Assembly (NCBI GenBank): GCA_965223155.1
Contig: CBDCVR010000014.1
Location: forward strand, 801,793 to 865,792
Origin: Candidatus Multivoradales bacterium
Lineage (GTDB): Bacteria > Acidobacteriota > Thermoanaerobaculia > Multivoradales > JAHEKO01
Reading direction: 5' to 3'
DNA: 64,000 bases
Below the pieces are notes generated by a model that did no database searches, had not been told where the DNA came from, and saw only the letters and a list, made by a program, of their open reading frames with translations. Both the position numbers and the translations under genes were made by a program. Shown here one piece after another: positions 11,416 through 21,384 of this stretch (the first letter of the stretch is position 1; each line of letters begins with the position of its first letter).

Positions 11416-11544
11416 CCGGCCGTTTCTCGCCGAGGTTCCGCCGGGAGCTTGCGGTCAAGAACCGGCTGCGAAGCGCGGGTGGGTCCCGGCTCCTCAGGGA
11501 GCTTCACGGGGAACCGTGCGGCGATGTCCGCTGAGAGGGCAGGT

Positions 11545-12015
11545 CTAGCCGCCCGGCGGTTCCGCGAACAGGGCTTCGAGCCGATCGAGAGCCGAGCTCC
11601 AGCGCACCCGGCAAAGCTCCCAAGCGGTAGTGCAGACCGACAGGGGAAGCTCGTGAAAGCCTTCCTGCAAGACGTCCACTCGCGTACTCGCCGCGTCCTC
11701 CTGGAGGCGCACCGTCAGGCGGGTGCTGCCATCCCAGCCGCGGTGGGCTAGACGGACACCGGCGACGAAGCCGTGCGGTGGACGCCAGTCGGCAATCGTT
11801 CCGAGCTCACGGAGCACCTCCCCGCCGGGCAAGGTCGAGACGATGGCAAGCGAGCCTCCGGCGCGCCCGTCCAGCTCGACCTCGTCTCCGAGCCAGGTCC
11901 GGGCCCGGGCCGCCTCGCTCCACGAGCGCCAGACCTCGGCCAGGTCCGCGCCGACGATCACGTCCCGGCGCAACTGGACCCCCGGAATGTCTCCCTCCCG
12001 GATCGGCCAGATCAC
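11545..12015 (-). CDS. SRPBCC (Aha1/polyketide-cyclase-like) domain protein
   Basis: 156 aa; size and secondary-structure pattern are typical of SRPBCC ligand-binding proteins. Weak assignment. Confidence 0.45.
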   Translation of the reverse strand: MIWPIREGDIPGVQLRRDVIVGADLAEVWRSWSEAARARTWLGDEVELDGRAGGSLAIVSTLPGGEVLRELGTIADWRPPHGFVAGVRLAHRGWDGSTRLTVRLQEDAASTRVDVLQEGFHELPLSVCTTAWELCRVRWSSALDRLEALFAEPPGG

Positions 12016-12025
12016 GGTATCCGCC

Positions 12026-12949
12026 TCAAGACGAGCCGTCCCCGGCGTCTCGGCCCAACAGGTCCCGTAGCGCTCCTTCGAGCTCCGGATGGCGAAACGA
12101 GAAGCCTCCCGCCAGAAGCCGCGAGGGCTCGGCGCGCTGCCCGGTCAAGACCAGGGCCGCCATCTCGCCCAGAAGAAGGCGAAGCGCCAACGCTGGCGCC
12201 GGTACAAAACTCGGGCGCCGTAAGACCCGGCCGGCGATCGACGCCAGGCGCCGGTTGGAGACCGCGCCCGGTGCGACCAGGTTGAAGGGGCCGCGGGCGT
12301 CTTCGCTCGCCAGCAGATGCGCGATAGCCCGGACCTGATCCTCCACGTGAATCCAGGGAACCACCTGCCGCCCGGAGCCGACTGGTCCCCCGGCGAAGAG
12401 CCGGAACGGCAGCAGCATCCGGGACAGCACCCCGCCCTCGGCCGCGAGCACCACGCCGGTTCGGACGATCACTCTCCGCACCCCCAGAGGCTCGAGACCC
12501 GCGCCCGCCGCTTCCCAGTCCCGGCACACTCCGGCCAGGAAATCGTCGCCGGGACCCGATTCCTCGGTAACCGGCTCGTCATCCCGCGGACCGTAGAACC
12601 CGACCGCCGAGCCCTGGACCACGACCGCGGGGCGGCGGCTCGCCGCCTCGACGGCTTCGACCAGCGCCCGGGTCGAGCGCACGCGGCTGTCCCGAATCCG
12701 GCGCTTCCTCGCGGCGGTCCAGCGTCCCGCGCCGATGTTCTCGCCGGCCAGGTGCACGACCGCGTCGGCGGCCTCCAGATGGGGCACGAGCTCGTCCGCG
12801 GACTCGCAGTTCCAACCGACGACAGCGGCCGCGCCTGCCGGGTGCGGCTCGCCCCGCGAGGTCAGGGTCGCTTGATGACCACCGTCCGCCAGATGCCGGG
12901 CTAGCGCTTGCCCGATCAGCCCCGTTCCCCCGGTGATGAGGACCTTCAT
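12026..12949 (-). CDS. TIGR01777 (YfcH) family NAD-dependent epimerase/dehydratase-like protein
   Basis: MKVLITGGTGLIGQAL Rossmann start plus a C-terminal DUF1731-like region. The ORF-track entry 12026..13135 is N-terminally over-extended; the real ATG is at 12949. Confidence 0.8.
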   Translation of the reverse strand: MKVLITGGTGLIGQALARHLADGGHQATLTSRGEPHPAGAAAVVGWNCESADELVPHLEAADAVVHLAGENIGAGRWTAARKRRIRDSRVRSTRALVEAVEAASRRPAVVVQGSAVGFYGPRDDEPVTEESGPGDDFLAGVCRDWEAAGAGLEPLGVRRVIVRTGVVLAAEGGVLSRMLLPFRLFAGGPVGSGRQVVPWIHVEDQVRAIAHLLASEDARGPFNLVAPGAVSNRRLASIAGRVLRRPSFVPAPALALRLLLGEMAALVLTGQRAEPSRLLAGGFSFRHPELEGALRDLLGRDAGDGSS

Positions 12950-12968
12950 GACGGATGCGAATCCCGGC

Positions 12969-14780
12969 TCACACGGCTTCCAGCTCGGCCTCGAGCTCTT
13001 GCCGTCTGGCCAACTCAGCATACACCCCGCCCGCGGCGAGCAGCGTGTCGTGATCGCCGCTTTCCGCGATCCGGCCGGCGTCGAGCACCAGGATGCGGTC
13101 GGCGGCGCGCACCGCCGAGACCCGGTGCGAAACAACCACCACGGTGCGGCCGGCGAAGACCGACCGCAGGTTGCTCAGAATCATCTCTTCGGTATCGGCA
13201 TCGACCGCCGACAGGCAGTCGTCCAAGAGCAGCAACCGCGGCTCGCGGATGAGGGCTCGGGCCAGAGCGACGCGCTGCTTCTGGCCGCCCGAAAGCGTAA
13301 CTCCGCGCTCGCCCACCACGGTCTCGAGCCCTTGGGGCAGGAACTCCAGATCGGCGGCCAAACCGGCGAGCTCGACCGCCCGCGCAACGCCGGCCGCGAC
13401 CGGCGCCGGGGCGTCATCGGGGCCATCAGAGCCAACGGAGCCAGGCGCCGCCCGTACCGCTGAACCGCCCATAGCGACGTTGGCGGCGACCGTGGTCGAG
13501 AACAGGAAGGCTTCCTGCGGCACCACCGCGCACGCGCTGCGCAGCGACGCCAGCGGAATCGAGCGCACGTCGGCGCCTCCCACGAAGACCGCTCCCCGGG
13601 GCGGGTCAACCAAGCGCACGAGAGTCGAGAGCAGAGTGCTCTTGCCGCTACCGGTGCGGCCCACAATCCCCAGGGTGCCGCCGGACGCGAGCTCGAAGGA
13701 GATTCCCTGGAGCGCCGGCTCGGTGGCGTCGGGATAGGAGAAGGAGAGATCGCGAACGGCCAGGCTGGTCGAAGAAAGCTCCACCCCGGCGACGCTCTCG
13801 GGGTCGTCCGCGATCGCCGGTGGCGTGGTCAGGATCTCCTCGATGCGGCCCATCGAAGCCGATCCGCGCTGCACGAGGTTGATAACCCAGCCGATCGCGA
13901 TCATCGGCCAGACCAGCATCGCCAGAAAGAACTGGAAGCTGACGAACTCACCAACCGAGATCCGATCGGTGAGCACCAGACGTCCGCCGTAGACCAGGAC
14001 CGCGACGAAGCCGACGCCCACCAGGAGCTGGAGCAAGGGGTGGAAGGCGGCGGTCCAGCGGATGAGCCGGGTATTGCGCTCGACGTAGATCTCGTTGATG
14101 CCGTCGAAGCGGGCGAGCTCCGAGTCCTCCATGGCATGGGCCCGCACCACGCGCGCTCCGGCGAGGTTCTCCTGAACCCTCGTCGATAGGGCGGCGAACT
14201 GTTCCTGCACTTCCTCGAACAGATGATGGATGCGCTGACCGAAGACCTGGGTCGTCAACGCCACCAGCGGCATCGAGGACAGGGCCAGCACGGTCAGGCG
14301 CCAGTCGATCCGGACCATGAAGAGCAGAGCGCCGGCGGCGGTCAGAACCGTCGAGGTCGAGTACATGATCGCCGGCCCGCACAGCATGCGCACGGCCTGG
14401 AGGTCGTTGGTGGCACGCGCCATGAGATCGCCGGTGTAGCGCTCCTGATAGAAGGACAGGGGCATGCGTTCCAAGTGCTCGAAGTAGTCGTTCCGCAGCT
14501 CGTACTCGATGTCCCTGCTGAGCGAAACCAGGATCATGCGCTGGGCGAAGCCGAAGACACCCTGCACCGCGGTCACGGCGACCAGGGCGGCGCCGTAGGC
14601 CAGAAGCGTCGCCGGAGACGTCGTGCGCACGAACTCGTCGACCGCCCGGCCGATGATGAGGGGCGCCAGCAGCGCCAGACCGACCGCGGCCGCGATCGCC
14701 AGCAAGCCTCCAACGAGCTTGCCCGGATGGCGCCGGAAGTGCGCGCGCAGCCGGCCGAGCTTGCCGAGGGCGCGGATCAT
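12969..14780 (-). CDS. ABC transporter, fused permease/ATP-binding (MsbA-like type I exporter)
   Basis: Six-TM exporter domain plus Walker A GRTGSGKST, the LSGGQKQR signature and Walker B LLLLDD. The track ORF (to 15119) is over-extended. The start at 14780 overlaps the trmB stop (ATGA). Confidence 0.85.
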   Translation of the reverse strand: MIRALGKLGRLRAHFRRHPGKLVGGLLAIAAAVGLALLAPLIIGRAVDEFVRTTSPATLLAYGAALVAVTAVQGVFGFAQRMILVSLSRDIEYELRNDYFEHLERMPLSFYQERYTGDLMARATNDLQAVRMLCGPAIMYSTSTVLTAAGALLFMVRIDWRLTVLALSSMPLVALTTQVFGQRIHHLFEEVQEQFAALSTRVQENLAGARVVRAHAMEDSELARFDGINEIYVERNTRLIRWTAAFHPLLQLLVGVGFVAVLVYGGRLVLTDRISVGEFVSFQFFLAMLVWPMIAIGWVINLVQRGSASMGRIEEILTTPPAIADDPESVAGVELSSTSLAVRDLSFSYPDATEPALQGISFELASGGTLGIVGRTGSGKSTLLSTLVRLVDPPRGAVFVGGADVRSIPLASLRSACAVVPQEAFLFSTTVAANVAMGGSAVRAAPGSVGSDGPDDAPAPVAAGVARAVELAGLAADLEFLPQGLETVVGERGVTLSGGQKQRVALARALIREPRLLLLDDCLSAVDADTEEMILSNLRSVFAGRTVVVVSHRVSAVRAADRILVLDAGRIAESGDHDTLLAAGGVYAELARRQELEAELEAV

Positions 14781-15490
14781 GACTCCGGGCTCCTGGCAAC
14801 GGCCGAGACAATGCCAGGCACGCCGGCCGGATGAAGGCCGGCTCCCTCGCCCTCGAAATGCGCCTCGATGCGCATGATGGGCCTGCCCTCGCGCATGTAC
14901 TTGGCCTCGTAGTTGGTGCGGGCCCCGTCCGGCCAGGGCTCCGCGCGCGGCTCGACCCGGAGCTCGGGATGGCGGCCAAGCAGGTCCGCCACCGCCGCGC
15001 CATAGTCCGCATGGTCGGTGGCGGCCAGCAGCCGCCCCCCGGGCTCGAGCAACCTCAGCAGCAGATCGATCGACTCCGGATCGAGGAGGCGCCGTTCCTG
15101 ATGCCGGCTCTTGGGCCACGGATCCGGGAAGTAGACGTGCACCGCACGAGCGAAGCGCCGCGGCAGGACCGCGGCGGTCAGGAATCTGGCTTCGCCGCGG
15201 AGCAGGACGAAGTTACCGAGACCGCGGCGACGAGCCCGGCGACGGGCCATGCGGTAGTACTTGGAGACCACTTCGATACCCACGAAGCCGGTCTCCGGCC
15301 GGGCCGCGCAGCGACCGAGGAGGAAGCGGCCCTTGCCGAAGCCGATCTCGATCTCCCAACGCCGCGGCAAGCCTCGAGCCGGACCGGCCCGGTCGGGAGC
15401 CAAGAGCGCGTTCAGGTCCAGAGGCAGATCGACGCCTGCCAGCGTGGTATCGCCGGCCGGCGTCGCGATGCGAACCGGCAACGGCGTCAA
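14777..15490 (-). CDS. trmB: tRNA (guanine46-N7)-methyltransferase TrmB
   Basis: 237 aa; EIGFGKG SAM-binding motif and the TrmB-typical YFPDPWPK motif. Confidence 0.85.
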   Translation of the reverse strand: MTPLPVRIATPAGDTTLAGVDLPLDLNALLAPDRAGPARGLPRRWEIEIGFGKGRFLLGRCAARPETGFVGIEVVSKYYRMARRRARRRGLGNFVLLRGEARFLTAAVLPRRFARAVHVYFPDPWPKSRHQERRLLDPESIDLLLRLLEPGGRLLAATDHADYGAAVADLLGRHPELRVEPRAEPWPDGARTNYEAKYMREGRPIMRIEAHFEGEGAGLHPAGVPGIVSAVARSPES

Positions 15491-16563
15491 AGCAGATCGG
15501 TCCGGCGTCGGCGCCGGAGCTCTTCGACCAACTTCTTGACGTCCTGGGCCCGCTCGCGAGGCACCACCAAGACGGCGTCCTCCGTCCGCACCACGACGAG
15601 GTCGCGAACTCCGACCACCGCCACCGTGCCGCTCTCGCCGATCAGGCAGTTGTTCGAAGCATCCACTGCGACCACGTCGCCGCTCAGAAAATTGCCCTCG
15701 GGCGTCGTCTCCACGACGTCAAAAAGCGCGGACCAAGATCCCAGGTCGCTCCAACCGCAGTCCAGCGGCAACGTCGCCAGGTCGTCACAACGCTCCATGA
15801 CCGCGTAGTCGATCGAGATCCGGGGCAGCTCAGCGTACAGGCGATCGAGATCCTCAGGGTGCGAGCGGATCCGCTCGAGCCCTTCGGCCAGATCCGGGAC
15901 GTGCTCGGCGACGAGCTCCAGCAGCCGGCCGCCCCGCAAGATGAAGATCCCCGCGTTCCAGAGATGACGACCGCCCTCGAGATAGGTCCGAGCGGTCTCG
16001 GCATCCGGCTTTTCGCGGAAGTGGGCAACCCGGCGAAGCCCCGAAGCGTCATCCAGAACCTCCCCGAGCTCGAGATAGCCGTAGCCGGTCTCGGGCCGGC
16101 TGGGCACGACTCCCAGGGTCAGAACCCGGTCGGTCGCGGCCACCGCCGAGCAGGCGGCGCCCAGGGTCGTTCGGAAGGCCGCCGGCTCGGCCACCGGATG
16201 ATCGGCGGGCAGGACGCACACCACCGAGGCGTCGGCCTCCATCTCGCCCAACGCCCACGCGATAGCCGCCGCGGTATCCCGGCCCTCGGGCTCGACCAGG
16301 ATCCGGGAGGAGTCGAGCTCGGGAAGCTCGGCGGCGATCGCATCGGCCAGCTTCCGGGTTGTGCAGATCCAAACGTCGGCGACGTCAACGAGGCCTTCGA
16401 GTCGCGCCACGGTCTGTCGCAACAAGCTCTCTTCGCCGCCCAGGCGCAGGAGCTGCTTGGGCCGGTCGCCGCGACTCGACGGCCAGAACCGGGTGCCGCT
16501 GCCCCCGGCCAAGATCAACGCCCGCGGCTTCGCGGCACCGGCTGAGTCCTGGCTCGGCATCAT
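15487..16563 (-). CDS. manC: Mannose-1-phosphate guanylyltransferase (GDP-mannose pyrophosphorylase)
   Basis: ALILAGGSGTRFWPSSR...PKQLL nucleotidyltransferase signature. 4-nt overlap with trmB. Confidence 0.8.
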   Translation of the reverse strand: MMPSQDSAGAAKPRALILAGGSGTRFWPSSRGDRPKQLLRLGGEESLLRQTVARLEGLVDVADVWICTTRKLADAIAAELPELDSSRILVEPEGRDTAAAIAWALGEMEADASVVCVLPADHPVAEPAAFRTTLGAACSAVAATDRVLTLGVVPSRPETGYGYLELGEVLDDASGLRRVAHFREKPDAETARTYLEGGRHLWNAGIFILRGGRLLELVAEHVPDLAEGLERIRSHPEDLDRLYAELPRISIDYAVMERCDDLATLPLDCGWSDLGSWSALFDVVETTPEGNFLSGDVVAVDASNNCLIGESGTVAVVGVRDLVVVRTEDAVLVVPRERAQDVKKLVEELRRRRRTDLL

Positions 16564-16645
16564 GGCCGCCGAGCTTATCTGAGCTGCACCGGGGCCGGAC
16601 CAGGATTGGACCGGAGCCGCACGAGACGCCTGCTATCGTCACGCG

Positions 16646-17626
16646 ATGAGCCGCTACCGCTTCCGAGACTGCGACGCCACCCCCGAGGGCGTCTACGCCG
16701 ACCGCAGAGAGATTCTCAAGGCGCTGGGGCTGGGAACGCTCAGCCTGGCTACCGCCTCCGCCTGCTCGGTCGCCGCCGAGAGCGCGGCTCCCGACCGCGC
16801 CCGCATCTCCGAGCCCGCGGTCGGCGCCAAGTTCGCCGATCTCTTTCCTGCGGACCGTAGCGGCGGCTACGGTCTCGGAGACGATCGAGCCCTGACGCCC
16901 GAGCCCATCGCGGCCGCCTACAACAACTTCTACGAGTTCACCACCGACAAGGAACGGGTCTGGGAGCTGGCCCAAGGCTACGCCGTGGATCCTTGGAAGG
17001 TCCGCGTCTCGGGCCTGGTCAAGAAGAAGCAGGCCCTGTCGCTCCAGGACGTCTTCCGGCGTCTCCCTTTGGAAGAGCGTCTCTACCGGTTCCGCTGCGT
17101 CGAGCGCTGGTCGATGCAGGTACCCTGGACAGGCTTTCCGCTACGGCGCTTGATCGACGAGCTCCAGCCCCTGGGCTCGGCGCGCTACGTACGGTTCGTC
17201 AGCCTCGACGACCGCAAGATGCCCGGCGTCAAGGCGGCGCCCTGGTACCCCTGGCCGTACTTCGAGGGACTGCGCCTGGACGAGGCAGGGCACGATCTGG
17301 CCTTCGTCGCCGTGGGTATCTACGGCCATGCCCTACCGATGCAACACGGCGCTCCCTGGCGCATCATCGCGCCCTGGAAGTACGGCTACAAGAGCCCCAA
17401 ATCGATCGCCGCCATCGAGTTCACCGAGCACGAGCCGGAGACCTTCTGGCACAAGACCATCCCGGACGAGTACGGCTTCTTCTCGAACGTCGATCCGGGC
17501 CGGCCCCACCCGCGCTGGAGCCAGGCTCAGGAAACCGACATCGGCACCGGCGCAAAGCGCGCCACCCTGCTCTACAACGGCTACGCCGACGAGGTCGGCT
17601 CGCTCTACCGCGGCGGCGAATTCTAG
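16646..17626 (+). CDS. msrP: Protein-methionine-sulfoxide reductase catalytic subunit MsrP (YedY, sulfite-oxidase-family molybdoenzyme)
   Basis: Tat-like signal (RREILKALGLGTLSLATASA), YNNFYEFTTDKE and RFRCVERWSM motifs characteristic of YedY/MsrP. No msrQ partner is adjacent. Confidence 0.8.
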   Translation: MSRYRFRDCDATPEGVYADRREILKALGLGTLSLATASACSVAAESAAPDRARISEPAVGAKFADLFPADRSGGYGLGDDRALTPEPIAAAYNNFYEFTTDKERVWELAQGYAVDPWKVRVSGLVKKKQALSLQDVFRRLPLEERLYRFRCVERWSMQVPWTGFPLRRLIDELQPLGSARYVRFVSLDDRKMPGVKAAPWYPWPYFEGLRLDEAGHDLAFVAVGIYGHALPMQHGAPWRIIAPWKYGYKSPKSIAAIEFTEHEPETFWHKTIPDEYGFFSNVDPGRPHPRWSQAQETDIGTGAKRATLLYNGYADEVGSLYRGGEF

Positions 17627-17656
17627 CCGGGGCCCGGTCTCGTCCAGATCGGCGGG

Positions 17657-19102
17657 TCAGGCCGCCAGCCGGTCGAGGGCCTCGTTGGCGAGGCGCCAGA
17701 GGAGCTCCACCTCGGCGCAGCCGGTCTTGAGATTGCCGACGGCGACCCGCAAGACGAAGCGGTCGTCGAGCCGGGTATGGGACAGGAAGACGGCCCCGGA
17801 GCGGTTGATCTCGGCCAGCAGAGCCTCGTTCAGGCGGTCGGTTCGCTGGGGATCCGCGTCCGGTGCCAGCGCTCGAAAGCAGACCGCGCTGAACGGGGCC
17901 GGAGCCACGCGCTCGAAGCGCTCGGAGTCGTCGATCCAGCCGGCGAGGTCGCCGGCCAACCGGCAATGCTCGCGGATTCGGTCCCGCAGGCCACGCACGC
18001 CAAAGGCCCGAATCACCATCCACAGCTTGAGCGAGCGAAAGCGCCGGCCGAGCTGGAAGCCCGTGTCCATGAGATCGAATCCGGCTTCGTTAGCCGAGCG
18101 CAAGTACTCGGGAACCAGCGCAAAGGCCCGCCGCCACTCGTCCAGGTCCCGGACGAACAGGACCGAGCAGTCGACCGGAGTAAACAACCACTTGTGGGGA
18201 TTGACGACGATCGAATCGGCCCGCTCCCAGCCTTCGAAATGAGGCCGCATCTCGGGACAGACGGCAGCGCTGCCGGCGTAGGCGGCATCGACGTGGAGCC
18301 AGAGGCCGTACCGGGCGCAAACGGCGGCGATCTCGGCCACCGGATCGACGCTGGTCGTTGACGTGGTGCCCACGGTCGCGACCACCGCTACCGGTTTGCG
18401 CCCCGCCTCGAGATCGGCGGCGATGGCCGCCTCCAGGGCGTCAACCCGCATCGAGAAGCGCTCGTCGGCCGGCACGTGTCTGGTTCGTTCGAGTCCGATA
18501 CCGAGGACCATCGTCGCCTTGTCGACCGACGAGTGAGCCTGCTCGCTGCAGTACACGGTTACCGGGGGAGCGCCGGCCGCACCGCGCTCTCGGAACTCGG
18601 GAATCGCCCGGTGCCGAGCCGCAGCCAGCGCCAGCAGGGTACTGGTGGAGGCAGTATCGTTGATGTGTCCGGTAAACGTCTCTGGCAGACCGACCATCTG
18701 GCGCAGCCAGTCGCAGGTGCGACTCTCCAGCTCGGTCGCGGCCGGCGAGGTTTGCCACTTCATGGCATTGACGTTGACCGCCGCTGCCAGGCATTCCCCA
18801 ACGATTCCCGGCACCGACCCGGTGATCGCGAAATAAGCCATGAACCCGGGATGGTTCCAGTGGTTCAGGTTGGGCTCGATCGTGTCCCGGAAGTCGTCCA
18901 GGATGTCGTCGAAGGCTTCGGGCTCCTCGGGCGGAGCCGACGGCAGCAGGCCGGCCACCTTTCCCGGGGCGATCTCGCCATAGACCGGCCTCTCAGGGAG
19001 CCCCTCCAGATAGCGGACGATCTCCTGCACTGTCCGGTCCAGGACGCGGCGAGCCTCGTCGACGGGCAGATCGCCCAAGGCCCCGGAAACCCGTCGAGTC
19101 AT
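17657..19102 (-). CDS. PLP-dependent group II decarboxylase (aromatic-L-amino-acid/DABA decarboxylase family)
   Basis: 481 aa; HWNHPGFMAYF motif and NPHKWL PLP-lysine motif. Confidence 0.8.
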   Translation of the reverse strand: MTRRVSGALGDLPVDEARRVLDRTVQEIVRYLEGLPERPVYGEIAPGKVAGLLPSAPPEEPEAFDDILDDFRDTIEPNLNHWNHPGFMAYFAITGSVPGIVGECLAAAVNVNAMKWQTSPAATELESRTCDWLRQMVGLPETFTGHINDTASTSTLLALAAARHRAIPEFRERGAAGAPPVTVYCSEQAHSSVDKATMVLGIGLERTRHVPADERFSMRVDALEAAIAADLEAGRKPVAVVATVGTTSTTSVDPVAEIAAVCARYGLWLHVDAAYAGSAAVCPEMRPHFEGWERADSIVVNPHKWLFTPVDCSVLFVRDLDEWRRAFALVPEYLRSANEAGFDLMDTGFQLGRRFRSLKLWMVIRAFGVRGLRDRIREHCRLAGDLAGWIDDSERFERVAPAPFSAVCFRALAPDADPQRTDRLNEALLAEINRSGAVFLSHTRLDDRFVLRVAVGNLKTGCAEVELLWRLANEALDRLAA

Positions 19103-19188
19103 ACCACTTGGCCCACTACGCCAGATCTATCACCACAGACCCGTTCCAGAGTCCGTCACGCCCGAGGGTCTGGCCCGACTGGCGGCGG

Positions 19189-20301
19189 TCAACCGCCGGC
19201 GCGGCGCAGCTCGTCGTCGATGATGGCGGAAATCGCCTCGTACGGCTGGGCGCCCGACAAGAACCGGCCGTTGATGAACACCGCCGGCGTTCCCGACACC
19301 CCGGCGCTGATGCCGGCGGCCAGATCGTCGTCGACCTGCTTGGCATAGCGCCCGCTGTCCAGGCATTCGTTGAAGGCCGTGGCGTCGAGGCCAAGCTCGG
19401 CGGCCTGCGATTTCAGGTCGGCCACCGCCAGCGCGCTCTGGTTCTCGAACATCGAGTCGTGCATCTCCCAGAACTTGTCCTGGTCCGAAGCACACAGCGA
19501 GGCCTCGGCCGCCTTCTGCGCTTCCGGATGGATACTGTGGAGCGGGAACTGACGAAAGACCAGCCGCACGTCCTCGGCATAGTTCTCGGCGACCTGCTTC
19601 AGAGTCGGCACGATGCGCGAGCAGTACGGACATTGGAAATCGGAGAACTCGACGATGGTCACCGCCGCCGACTCCGGGCCCAGGGCGGGACCGACCGCAT
19701 CGACCGCGATTCGCATCGGATCGAGAAAGCTCTGGGGCTCGTACTTGGCCTCGAGCGACTCCAGAAACTCAGCGTACCGCCCCTGCCGGCGCTGCTGCGT
19801 CAGAAATTGGCGAACGCGACCGGAGATCTGTTCGAGCGGCTGGTTGATCTGCGCCTTGCGCTGTTCGTAGAAGGCGTTGATCTCTTCTTCGGTGACCTGT
19901 GGGACCTTGCCGTCCACCTCGGTGGCGACGAGCTTTTCCACCGACACCCCGGTGGCAGCCGCCTCCATGTCCAGAAGCGCCTCCGCGATGGCCTGCTCCA
20001 GTCCCTGCTCGAGCGTCTGATGGCGCTGACGGTCCAGATCCCGCAGCTGCTGGGAGACCGCCTCCTCGACTTCTTCCTGGCGGATGACGCGATCGCCGAT
20101 GCGCGCCAGAACGTCCGCTTCGGCCGGAGCCGGCTCGACCGCTTCGGCCTTGTCGGCCAGAAGCGCCGTCTCGGACGCGATCCAGTACCCCATGACCAGC
20201 ACCGCCCCGAGGGCGATGATGAGGCCGATGCGGCCCAGCTTGCTGCGCTGGCTGTGATTGCCTGAAGGGCTCTGTTCGAGGCCGGGTTCGTCGAAGCTCA
20301 C
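19189..20301 (-). CDS. DsbA-family thiol:disulfide oxidoreductase with N-terminal membrane anchor and coiled-coil region
   Basis: TM anchor (IGLIIALGAVLVMGYWIA), then a thioredoxin fold with a CPYC active site (EFSDFQCPYCSR). Confidence 0.7.
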   Translation of the reverse strand: MSFDEPGLEQSPSGNHSQRSKLGRIGLIIALGAVLVMGYWIASETALLADKAEAVEPAPAEADVLARIGDRVIRQEEVEEAVSQQLRDLDRQRHQTLEQGLEQAIAEALLDMEAAATGVSVEKLVATEVDGKVPQVTEEEINAFYEQRKAQINQPLEQISGRVRQFLTQQRRQGRYAEFLESLEAKYEPQSFLDPMRIAVDAVGPALGPESAAVTIVEFSDFQCPYCSRIVPTLKQVAENYAEDVRLVFRQFPLHSIHPEAQKAAEASLCASDQDKFWEMHDSMFENQSALAVADLKSQAAELGLDATAFNECLDSGRYAKQVDDDLAAGISAGVSGTPAVFINGRFLSGAQPYEAISAIIDDELRRAGG

Positions 20302-20547
20302 GGTGTTGTCCTTTCCCAGGGCACGGTGGTGGGCGCCTGCGCCGCAAGACCGCGCCGTCTTGTTCGTTCCAAGCTTGATGGTTCCAAGCCGAGTCGGCCG
20401 GCCGGAGTCGAAACTCCCGCCGGGCGGCCATCATACCGATCCGTCCCCGCGCCGGCCAAGTGCCGAGCCTCCTAGAGCCAGGCCAGCGCCAGGCCAGCGC
20501 CGGTCGAGCGCCTTCTCCGAACCCGTCAAAACCGTTTCAGGACGCGA

Positions 20548-21384
20548 TCAAGAACGGGCCACAGCCAGGGGAGCCAAGCGCCGGTGAATCCGGCCTTCCA
20601 GGATCCGGTCGGCGGGAATGCCGCGCAACCGCAGCCGCGGACCCTCGACCAGATCGGCGGCCAGGGCCAGCAGCGCCCGCCGCTCGCGCGCACTCGAAGC
20701 GCTCTCCGCCCGCGCCAGCACCGCGGCCGCGGCCCCCTCCCAGGGCTCCCGGGAGCGAACGTCGTTCCAGGACCATTCGCCGGCGAGCGCCGCCGCCGCC
20801 GCCACCAGCTCGCCGGCGTCGGACCGCTTCAAGAAAACGTCCACCGCCCGGCCGAAGGCGTCGGCCGCCGCCGCCACTTCGGCGCCACGAGGCCGGCTCG
20901 CACCGCCCAGGAAGATCGCCAACGATCGGCTCCGCAGGGTCGGCAACAGATCGAACTGCGACGGCGCCAGCAGCAGAAAGTGGCGCCGGGTGGTCCCGGG
21001 CGGTTCTTCCAAGGTCTTGAGCAGGACATTTGCCGCCTCTCCGGTCAAGGTCTCGGCTGCGGCCACCACGAAGACCTGAGCGCCGGCCTCGAACGGAGTC
21101 ACGTGGGCGTCGCGCAGGAAGCCGCGGGCGGCGTCCACCGAAGTGGCGGTAGCGAGATCCCGCTCGAGCACGTGAAAGTCCGGATGAAACCCCGAAGCGT
21201 CGTCCGGCCATGCGATCCGCCGGCAGTGACGGCACGCGCCGCAGCCGTCTTGGGTCGCACACAGGATGGTCTTGGCCAGGGCGAGAGCGGCCTCGACGCG
21301 CCCCTCCCGGTCGCTGCCGTGCAGGATGAGCGACGGGTAGAGGCGATCGGCCCGGGCCAGCGCCAGCGTCTGGTCCAGGTTCAC
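20548..21384 (-). CDS. holB: DNA polymerase III subunit delta' (HolB)
   Basis: AAA+-like N-terminus with zinc-module cysteines (CATQDGCGACRHC) and the TLEEPP motif. Its start overlaps the tmk stop by 4 nt. Confidence 0.75.
   Translation of the reverse strand: MNLDQTLALARADRLYPSLILHGSDREGRVEAALALAKTILCATQDGCGACRHCRRIAWPDDASGFHPDFHVLERDLATATSVDAARGFLRDAHVTPFEAGAQVFVVAAAETLTGEAANVLLKTLEEPPGTTRRHFLLLAPSQFDLLPTLRSRSLAIFLGGASRPRGAEVAAAADAFGRAVDVFLKRSDAGELVAAAAALAGEWSWNDVRSREPWEGAAAAVLARAESASSARERRALLALAADLVEGPRLRLRGIPADRILEGRIHRRLAPLAVARS

Noticed and set aside
14781-15119. 113-aa N-terminal extension of the ABC exporter ORF
   Set aside because: The extension is Arg/Gly/Ala junk overlapping trmB. 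The exporter starts at 14780 (MIRALGKL...), overlapping the trmB stop.
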